Shown: positions 1 through 7,704 of the stretch, one piece after another | How positions within the stretch are numbered: the stretch's first letter is position 1 | Layout: each line of letters opens with the position of its first letter | Program-made: the position numbers and the translations under genes | NCBI GenBank assembly: GCA_001949185.1 | Contig: BDGG01000039.1 | Coordinates: 1-8,271, forward strand | DNA from: Ramazzottius varieornatus | Taxonomy: Eukaryota; Animalia; Tardigrada | Direction: 5' to 3' | Length of the DNA stretch: 8,271 bases | The notes under the pieces: model-generated | The model's database searches: none | Told to the model about the DNA's origin: nothing | What the model saw: only the letters and a program-made list of their open reading frames with translations

Positions 1-75
1 TATTTGAATATGCTTGGTGTATGGCAAAGGTCGATGAGAGACACGTATGAACTTCGCTCAACTTCCGTTAAAAAT

Positions 76-114
76 ATCGTAATGCATCGTAATGAATGCA
101 ATGCATCGTAATAA
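76..114. repeat. Degenerate 10-bp tandem repeat (atcgtaatgc)
   Basis: atcgtaatgc atcgtaatga atgcaatgc atcgtaataa; the exact 13-mer aatgcatcgtaat occurs at 81-93 and 100-112. Confidence 0.75.
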
Positions 115-1673
115 TATAATCCAAATCACTTAGCGTTTTTTGCATGCAACACCATTACCAAACTTCTCCGCTCAGCGGAACGGCATTTACATGAGCCGGA
201 GAAACCCCACCGTTGAAACTTTCGGAGGCCGCTGTAGCGAAAGCAGACGCCCGCTTCTGGAGCGCAAACGGGAAACACGCTGTGGATTCGGGTAGCTTTA
301 TGACGGTCCGGCACTATATCGTTCGGCGTGCGACGTCACCCATCGTCCTGACGGTGGATCGCACTGCAATCGTTTGGCGAGCGAAAAAGTTTGCCACTAT
401 CATTCTTATTCTTTTACCACTTTAAACCGCATTGTTTGAATCTCCGTATGAGAGAAGTTTTGAACTACCTTCCCGCAACAAATCATCCACCAAAGAATTG
501 ATGTGCCACGCAAAACAACTCAACTATGCCTCTTGTCTACCATGTTTCAACACCCACCAGCCAGAAAAGCCCAAACTGGAGCGGCCCAATCGTTCATCCG
601 ATGGATCGTTGAACACGACTGAGCGTAGGTATTGCCCAGTAACATGCGACGAATACTACTCGTGACCACCAGGCAGAAGCGATCCGGAGTCACCCGGCGA
701 GCACAAGCCATGGCGATTGTAAATAAGACTGCGCCCCTCTCGAAGAGGCAAAGTTGGAACCACCGGTCCGGAGAAACCCATAGTCAACCGATGAGTCAAC
801 GAGCTTTACTGATCGTAAATACTGCTGCCCGTGGTGCGTTGTCCACAGAGCTGATCATCAGTCTGGGACGACCCACGGTCACTAAGCAGGCTACGAACCC
901 TCACATCCGATCAGTTTTCCACACTTACAACATCAACAACAACCTGTACGCAAGCTCTTTATGGCCTCGTGCAGGACAGCCGTTTTGGCACACGTGTAGC
1001 CCTGTTAAAGCCTACGAGACCGCGGTCGAATGTAAGGCGTGATTTGTTTTCCTTCATACTGCACATTGTGCCGGACTGCGAACGTTACGCCAAGATAAGC
1101 GTATTTTCAACTTTGAACAGGGAAATCTTCATGCAGGAGAATCAAGTACGGCCCTCCCGTCATCATTTGCTTATTTTGGTGAACTGTCCTAGTTCAAATC
1201 ACGATAAAATTTCTTCCCTGGCCACACTTATCATTCTACGTGTTGCTCCATGCTTATGTATGCTTTCTGCCTTTTTTGGCTTCTTTTCAAGATCTAAAAG
1301 CCGACCAATCCGGATGGACCTGTAACGTCACCGGTGGGCGGCGTACTAAGGCGCAGGTGTGGCCAAGGCTGAAATTTCCAGTGCGCTGTACTGCTGCTGA
1401 ACTAGTGATGTTCTAATATGTGATTATGGCATTCAATATAATAAAAATAAACATCCGCCGTCCACCGAAGTCTTAATAACTTGCAATCACTGTAGTAAAA
1501 CCTCCGCCTGATTTAATAAAATATCAATATGGTAGAACTCCTGTGGTTATGGTATTAAAATATATCTTAGTAACGGAGAGCTCACCAGTAGACCTTGGCA
1601 CACGGTATCAGAGGCATCTGTGTCTGCAGAAGCCCTACTAAATATTTACTCGAAGAATCAAAAATGTTCAGAA

Positions 1674-1715
1674 AAACACTGTAGGTTAAACACTGTAGGT
1701 TAAAAACTGTAGGAT
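1674..1715. repeat. 14-bp tandem repeat x3
   Basis: aaacactgtaggtt / aaacactgtaggtt / aaaaactgtaggat. Confidence 0.9.
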
Positions 1716-1794
1716 TTGCTCGCGGCGGCGGCCCGGGGCTCTCTAAAAAGCTAGAGGACAAATGATATATTTTGTCGTAAACAGTATCAATGCC

Positions 1795-1885
1795 TGTACT
1801 ACAGCTTGCACCGTGCACCTGCACTCTGCGACATGGCGGTTTGGTGTGTCGCGCCTTGTGTAGGTGCATGGTGTACGCGTATGCA
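1795..1885 (+). ncRNA. Candidate pre-miRNA-like long hairpin
   Basis: 1807-1824 pairs fully with 1858-1875 (15 Watson-Crick plus 3 G-U); 1827-1835 pairs with 1845-1853; a bulged basal stem pairs 1795-1805 with 1877-1885. No known miRNA seed recognised. Confidence 0.35.
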
Positions 1886-3335
1886 TCTGCATACATCCGT
1901 GCTGATGTGGTAGCATCATTAGGATCTGGTGCACTTCGAGAGGCGTGGTCGTACTATACCTATATGAAAAGGCAGTCCCACTGTCTCACAGTCTTTTCTG
2001 AAATGGAGCGGAGCGCACACTGCGCACTGGGAGGAAGCATGGGCACACTATGGGAATCGCGTGCTTGACGTCAGATGTGGTAGCCACTCAGAGCGAGACT
2101 GTGCAGCCGGTATAGTGTGCTGCCTTTTCCTATAGCTATAGGTGGTCGCTGCATGTGTATTAACATTTTCAGCATGATCGTTTTCATGTTTGCAGAATAC
2201 TACCGTCCTCTTTGTGAATACAGGAATTTTATTGGCTGGTACCGTGTTACGGAGGCTGGTCCAACCAATAGGCAATTTTCGAAATTTCGTAATTCGGATA
2301 ATTGGCAGGCCATGAACGCCAAATCTCAAGAGGGAGAACTGGTCGTCTTGATTTTCTTCTGACCGCACTGATGACTACAAAATTTATCCCAGGCTCGGCT
2401 TCGATAGATAAGACTGTCCCTAGTGCTTCAGCTTTGTTCTAAGCGAATACCGTGCACGTGTCTCGCGCGAAGAGACGAAACACCAAATTTCACCAAAACC
2501 ACCCGAAACCGTAGAAAAAATTTCCACCGTGCTGGGCTTTTGCTGACCGCTGGTCATTAGTGTTGCTTTGGTGAGAAGACCGAGGTACATGCAAACAAAA
2601 TGACCCAGACCCGAAAGACCAAAAGCTAAAACTGGGAGGTGAATAAAACTGAGTGATTGTATACACAAAGAGGACGGTCGTACGCAGAGTGTTAAGAGGT
2701 GGATGGATAGAAACCCTATCCAACCCAGGTTTATCCGGATACATCCGTTGTGGTTGGATAAAGTTCTTATTCCTAGCACAAACACTTAGTCTGTCAACCA
2801 AGCATACCCGAATGATCGAATCTCGTCCCCTGTGGAAGGGAAAAAGAGGCATTATGATTATATTTTGTCAGCCACTCGCCAGCAGCGAAAAGCTTGCAGG
2901 TTAGTTTGACGCGCTGAAACGGCTGCCTGATTTCGAAAGTTTGCCGAAGGTTGGACTCACTGCGGGAGGTTCAGCCGATCGGAAGAAACACACGTGCGTG
3001 CGGTTAAAATTAATCAACACCAAACCAACGAACCAGACCATTGCTCATTCTGGAAAAATGAAATACGACATCTACAGAATACACATGCATTTTTGTTTTA
3101 TTCTTTGAATGACCTTGGTCAGTTGCTCTTCATTAGGATCTCTGTCACTCTAAAAGATTACCAACTGTATGATGTTGCTCCGTGGCGTACTGCTTTTCAG
3201 TTCGGAGAAGCTGATTCCTTTGGTGAGTGAAATAGAACTATTAGGTAACCTATTCAGCGAGAAGTTGAGTAACGCGAGAGTTTCGCGAAGTCAGACTCAT
3301 GCAGAAAACGGAATTTCTAGCAGGTCTAGTCAGAC

Positions 3336-3680
3336 TACGAGGTAAAACTAGTGGCGTTGTCCATATAAAATCAAATAGGGGAGTTGCCCGCCGTGGACCT
3401 TGTCATCCGGTCATCAGACCTCGCCATGTTTTAGTTTATCCGATAGGAAAAAACGTCCATCTATTTGTCGAACATAGTGTACGCGAAAAAAGAGCGGATT
3501 TCTTGAGAGACATCCGCTGGGAAGAGCGACGGTCGACGCAATGTTAAAAAGCCTGTTTTCCAAAAAATCAGCTAATTTCTAATCAATCAAGCTACGTTAC
3601 ACATGGATGTGTAGACTTTTGAGGGTGGACAACTCCACCATGCGATTTTACATGGACAGCTCCGCTGGTTTCACCTCGTA
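3336..3680. mobile_element. Non-autonomous Tc1/mariner-type MITE (341 bp plus TA at each end)
   Basis: Ungapped inverted repeats 3336-3394 and 3622-3680 match at 46/59 positions; the ends read TA|CGAGGT...ACCTCG|TA, matching mariner-like termini with a TA target duplication. No credible internal coding capacity. Confidence 0.75.
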
Positions 3681-3706
3681 CTTGAGGTGATGGTAATTTA
3701 TCCGAT

Positions 3707-3721
3707 TTTCCAGAACCTTCT
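3707..3721. promoter_or_regulatory. Perfect three-unit heat-shock element (nTTCnnGAAnnTTCn)
   Basis: tTTCcaGAAccTTCt, about 1.05 kb upstream of the TATA box. Motif match only. Confidence 0.3.
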
Positions 3722-4320
3722 AGTGATGGGTAAAATACGCTGAAAGCATTGGACACCACGCGCAAACCGACTAATATGCCTGCTGCAGTGCGTTTTGATT
3801 TTGCTGCGTCGATAAATGCCAAGAAGTCTTGGTAAAATGTTGTCGACCGTACATTGTTGCATCTACCGTCGTGCAGGCCCAGCGTTATATCGCGGCATCA
3901 CGGCTGCTACGACTTGAACTATTTTATCTCTTCTGCCCTTCTGGACTGGAACTGCTGATTGCAAATTGCCAAACGTCAGAAGGCCTCCCAAAGAAAAATA
4001 CAGCGATCTTCCGTACCACTTCTTGATTCACTGATACAGCTACCGTAGCAAAATTGAGCCAAAATACAGGGTACGGGCCTCAAAACAAGGTTTCTCGAAG
4101 AAATTTTCCCGGCAACTAAAAGCATGAACCGGTAGCCAAACCATAGATCCATCTGAATCTGAAACGCTTTAGGACAGACTTGGGGAAACTTGAGTGGGGA
4201 AAGGCTTTTCGCAAAGGCTGGGTTCGCGAGAATCAGCAAGTGTTTCAGATTTTGAGAGAACTTCGAAAAACTCTCACCTAATTGCCTGACAAGGTCTTGC
4301 AATTCCGACACCCGGAAAAA

Positions 4321-4581
4321 TTACTTCGATAACTGGGCTATACAAAAGGCGGTCCTAAGTGAAAACTCTTAGTTTACAGCATAAACTATAAATTTTTCCC
4401 ACAAGGACTGGTTTCTCTGCAAAATGGTCAAATTTGACGATATTAAACCATTTATTGTCCACCGAGTCCACACTATATTTTCGACTGGGTTGCACTGTAT
4501 TTCCGACGAATGGTCAACCATGTCATCGGCCAAGATCAAATCTTGCTCTCTGAAGTGCAATCGGTGAAAAGTTTTCAACAT
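4321..4581 (-). pseudogene. Decayed Tc1/mariner transposase C-terminal fragment
   Basis: Minus-strand translation ...LILADDMVDHSSEIQCNPVENIVWTRW...SNLTILQRNQSLWEKFIVYAVN*EFSLRTAFCIAQLSK* shows, in the right order, analogues of SPDLNPIENxW, the downstream W, and the terminal [FWM]PxRxxxCIxAxG motifs, with an in-frame stop and short deletions. Confidence 0.45.
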
Positions 4582-4768
4582 GGACTAACAGAAAGGCTAC
4601 GAACACACGGACTTCTGGCAACATCCAGCGCTATCCTCGGATCTGATCGCATCACTGTGGTGTACGAATAAAAACATTAGCTACCGTCAGCAAGCGCTTC
4701 TTCCAACCTGCATCCATATTCAGATATGATAAGTGATGCAACGTGAATTACCGAAGAGGCTCGAGTCG

Positions 4769-4775
4769 TATAAAA
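4769..4775 (+). promoter_or_regulatory. TATA box of the peritrophin-like gene
   Basis: TATAAAA 79 nt upstream of the ATG; a pyrimidine-CA initiator-like site (tttcacacattt, about 4796-4806) lies about 30 nt downstream. Confidence 0.7.
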
Positions 4776-4847
4776 CACGGACTGGACCAACCGTTTTCAC
4801 ACATTTACCTCTCTACGTTCTCTCGAGTCTCTTGTCTGCTAGCAACC

Positions 4848-6431
4848 ATGGACGCCTCCGTTTTTCGCTACTTGGTCCTATCGATGGCTGGTTCCCTGAT
4901 GGTAGCTTTGAGCGTTCACGGTCAGACAACGTCTGCCCAAGATGCAATGTGCGCAAACTATTGCCTGTCGCCTAATAATCCGAGCAACCCCGGTGGCGCG
5001 GCCCCAAACGACACCGCATCTCTTTACGTTGCATATACTAATACCTGCAGTAGTCTGTTTTGCTGTTGTGATGCTGCAACCCTTAATTGCAGCTACAACT
5101 ATCAGCTGGTTACCTGTTTCCCCGGATTTTTCTTCGACCCGAATCCAAACCCACCAGGCTACACATGTCGACCAAACATCGAAATGAATCAGGCACCGGT
5201 CTGCTGCGATCCAACAACCAACAATGGTTCCATAGCGCCAGGATGCCCCACAACCACTCCCAGCAACCCATGCATTGGTCCCAGTAGCACCGTCCAAACA
5301 ACCACTGCGTTGTCAGCTTCAACCACCGCTCTTCCGCCCGCAAAGCACAAATGCTACGATCGCTGCGATGCAACCTACTGCGGAACAAAACAAAACGGCT
5401 TTTACGAGGTCAGCCCATGCAGCCGTAACTACTGCAAATGCACGAACGGAACTGGGGCGTATTTTTCCTGCGCCAGCGGAAAATACTTCGATGGCAGCGT
5501 ACCGCCTGGACCTACCTCTTGCCGCTTTGGTAATGCCACCTGGTGTCCTCCCAACGGTGGTTTGAGCGGTCCGCCGCCGCCGAATATTACAGAACTCGCA
5601 CCTTTATGCAACGCTACCAACTGCGTGGCTCGAAACAACTCAAACATGTACTACGCTCTAGACTGTTGTAGTCCTAACTGGTGCTACTGCTATAGTAACA
5701 CTAACGCCACAGTTCAAACCTGTCCCCCTGGTCAGTACTTCGACAGCCGTTCTGAATGGGTTAAGTGCCGTCCTTCCAACTTACTGGAATTCTGCCCAAC
5801 CACCTTCGTAACCACGACTGCTGCTCCAGCAACATCGGCTTCCACCGGATGCCCAACTGGGGCACCAACCACCACCGTTGCGCCTACCACCACCACGGCA
5901 GCGCCAACCACTACTACTGCACCGCCTACCACCACTACCGCCTTAGTTAGCACCACAACGGCAGCAGTCCAACAACCCAACTGCTACAGCCGCTGCGATG
6001 TCACCTTCTGCAATGGGAAGGCTCCTAATTACTACGCCAGTCATCCGTGCAGTCGCAACCTGTGTGGTTGTAACACTACTACCTCCGGTAACACCACCGC
6101 TCAGTACTATGGTTGCGCTGCAGGTCGATACTTTGACCAGTCGAGCCAAACATGCAAGTTACTCGGTGACAACACCTGCCCAACGTCAGGCACGCCAAAA
6201 AGTACTCAGCCAAAAACTAGCGTTGAGCAATTATGTAACGCTCAGAACTGTAACGATCGACGTAACCAAGCTACTTACTATCCGCTGGATTGTTGCTCGC
6301 CCTTCTGGTGCTACTGCTTCAGCAACGGTACCAGGGCCGTGCAGACCTGTCCAACTGGCCAGATATATGACCATCGTCCAGAGTGGGTTCAGTGTCGAGA
6401 CAATAGCCTTGTCGAATACTGCCTCCAGTAA
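4848..6431 (+). CDS. Secreted peritrophin/mucin-like protein with five Cys-rich chitin-binding type-2 (CBM14)-like domains, 527 aa
   Basis: Longest ORF by far. The listed GTG start at 4743 lies upstream of the TATA box; the first ATG (4848) has Kozak context accATGg and begins a signal-peptide-like segment (MDASVFRYLVLSMAGSLMVALSVHG|QT). Five modules at about 4950-5207, 5352-5546, 5607-5795, 5982-6179 and 6234-6422 each carry the peritrophin-A-like C-x-x-G-x-x-[FY]-D...C...C motif (CFPGFFFD, CASGKYFD, CPPGQYFD, CAAGRYFD, CPTGQIYD), separated by Thr/Pro/Ala/Ser-rich linkers. 50 Cys and about 12 N-glycosylation sequons by hand count. Domain call is by motif recognition, not HMM. Confidence 0.88.
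   Translation: MDASVFRYLVLSMAGSLMVALSVHGQTTSAQDAMCANYCLSPNNPSNPGGAAPNDTASLYVAYTNTCSSLFCCCDAATLNCSYNYQLVTCFPGFFFDPNPNPPGYTCRPNIEMNQAPVCCDPTTNNGSIAPGCPTTTPSNPCIGPSSTVQTTTALSASTTALPPAKHKCYDRCDATYCGTKQNGFYEVSPCSRNYCKCTNGTGAYFSCASGKYFDGSVPPGPTSCRFGNATWCPPNGGLSGPPPPNITELAPLCNATNCVARNNSNMYYALDCCSPNWCYCYSNTNATVQTCPPGQYFDSRSEWVKCRPSNLLEFCPTTFVTTTAAPATSASTGCPTGAPTTTVAPTTTTAAPTTTTAPPTTTTALVSTTTAAVQQPNCYSRCDVTFCNGKAPNYYASHPCSRNLCGCNTTTSGNTTAQYYGCAAGRYFDQSSQTCKLLGDNTCPTSGTPKSTQPKTSVEQLCNAQNCNDRRNQATYYPLDCCSPFWCYCFSNGTRAVQTCPTGQIYDHRPEWVQCRDNSLVEYCLQ
5862..5942 (+). repeat. Coding minisatellite (about 21-nt unit) encoding mucin-like APTTTT(A) repeats
   Basis: APTTTV-APTTTTA-APTTTTA-PPTTTTA; units start at 5862, 5880, 5901 and 5922. 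Confidence 0.85.
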
Positions 6432-6434
6432 GCG

Positions 6435-6491
6435 GTAAGTACACCCATCACCGAAGTCGATAATTATCAAACTAACTGCTGGTTGTTGCAG
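6435..6491 (+). other. Putative 57-nt spliceosomal intron starting 3 nt after the stop codon
   Basis: Consensus donor CG|GTAAGT (6435-6440), branch-point-like ACTAAC (6471-6476), acceptor TTGTTGCAG|G ending at 6491. A second donor CA|GTAAGC starts at 6428. Confidence 0.65.
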
Positions 6492-6811
6492 GAGCCCCTC
6501 CAAACCGCATGACGGTCTTGGACAAACAAAACCAGCATTATACCAGTCTCCCCATCCACATGGCTTTACAGTCCGGTCGCTCGAAATGTGTACCAACGTT
6601 TCAGGCCTCTTAAGCATTCGTCACATAGCATGCCATGGCAAGGTCCGAAATTACATCACACATACATCACACCATGCTGTAACTGGAGTAATCGAAAATC
6701 AAGTCGCACGTTTCTATCTGCGTCGGCGTGGTGAGGAACATCGTTAACTCAGAACGATTTTCGCGTTTGTAAATCAGAGAATTTTTTACACATTTCGAGA
6801 AACCGGACTGC

Positions 6812-6937
6812 ATTCTTCTCTCGCCGCATCTTCCTCCTTCTTCGCGACAAGTTGGCACCTTCTATCGCTCCATCTACACCATTTTCTTCCTCTTTCCTAT
6901 CCATCTGTTTCACCTTTTTCCGCTTAAGCCTTCATCC
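6812..6937 (+). repeat. Pyrimidine-rich low-complexity tract
   Basis: CT-rich runs (ttcttctctc, tcttcctccttcttc, ttttcttcctctttcc). Confidence 0.55.
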
Positions 6938-7201
6938 AAGAAGCATAAATTTGACCGTCCTCCTAACTCAATCCTCGACCAATTACCAGAATCGCTAAAC
7001 GAATCGTAGCAATCGAACTCTGGGAAGTGCTGAGCTGACTAAGCTCACTGTCACGAACGGGAAAAATGGCCTTTCTCGATCTCGTTTCTTTCAGAGATGT
7101 CTAATCCACTCCGGACTCTTTTTGTCTACGCGAACCATTGTTAACTATTCCTTTCGCTCCGAAATACAATATTGATGGGGAACGAACGTGGAAAACGGCT
7201 G

Positions 7202-7225
7202 GCGATATGGAAGCTTGCATATCGC
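7202..7225. repeat. 24-bp near-perfect palindrome
   Basis: GCGATATG-G-AAGCTT-G-CATATCGC; 11 of 12 positions are complementary. Confidence 0.8.
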
Positions 7226-7603
7226 GGATGTTATTGACTTGATAACGGAGAATGACAGAAAAAAAAGGGAGGGTGGGCCGACAGAATGCGCGGAGCTCGC
7301 AAAATGAATAATAAATCCAGAAGTGACTTGGTCATCGATGGCCGTGGTCAAAAATGGCTATAAATCGTACGTTCACATCAAGAGCCTACAGGATTAAACA
7401 TGAGAGGGAAATTCGGGGACGAAGGAGGAAGTCGCTCCACATTTGACCGCAGATAAGCTTGCTTATTTTCAAGTAATAGGCAAATTTCCCATTGGAGTCG
7501 AAAGACACAAGTGTTCTTCGATGGTGCCATATGCCATCGGGCGAGTCACGTGAGCTTGTTGGGACGAAAACACGAGGGACGTTATCCTGATGGACTTTTC
7601 AAA

Positions 7604-7704
7604 ACAGGACAGGACAGGGCTGGAACATGAACAGGAAAGGACATGACAGGAGCAAGACAACAAAGCAGGACACGACAGGACAGGAATAGGAAACTCAGGA
7701 AAGG
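7604..7704. repeat. Degenerate (ACAGG)n pentanucleotide microsatellite
   Basis: acagg acagg acagg gctgg ... acatg acagg ... acacg acagg acagg aatagg; purine-rich with about 5-nt periodicity. Confidence 0.8.

Noticed and set aside
196-779. 12-bp direct repeat ccggagaaaccc at 196 and 768
   Set aside because: About two repeated 12-mers are expected by chance in 8 kb.
126-1325. Short ORFs of 62-136 aa at the start of the window
   Set aside because: No recognisable motifs, mostly non-ATG starts, no coherent exon chain.
1586-1623. Possible minus-strand micro-exon (ctgcag|...|gtgag)
   Set aside because: Splice signals are plausible but no neighbouring exons or meaningful peptide could be assembled.
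1674-1715. Short repeats as a CRISPR-like array
   Set aside because: Head-to-tail units without spacers, no cas genes, eukaryotic context.
2066-2073. Perfect CRE palindrome TGACGTCA
   Set aside because: A single 8-mer (about 0.13 expected per window) with no linked gene nearby.
3299-3822. Two opposite-strand ORFs with similar peptides
   Set aside because: The similarity is fully explained by the MITE inverted repeats.
4600-4640. Minus-strand EDSAGCC as the second catalytic Asp motif (QDxAPxH) of the transposase relic
   Set aside because: It lies 51 codons from the NPVE glutamate, much longer than the 34-41 residue spacing usual in Tc1/mariner families.
4743-4847. 35-aa N-terminal extension from the GTG start in the ORF track
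   Set aside because: It overlaps the TATA box and predicted start site; the ATG at 4848 has Kozak context and places the signal peptide at the N-terminus.
4733-6617. Overlapping alternative-frame and antisense ORFs (e.g. 4878-5297, 5732-5980, 5998-6438, 6231-6617)
   Set aside because: Shadows of the main CDS; the Val/Gly/Ala-rich one is simply the antisense of the Thr/Pro repeats.
7359-7456. TATAAA followed by an ATG near 7400
   Set aside because: The ORF closes after about 18 codons; nothing else supports a gene.
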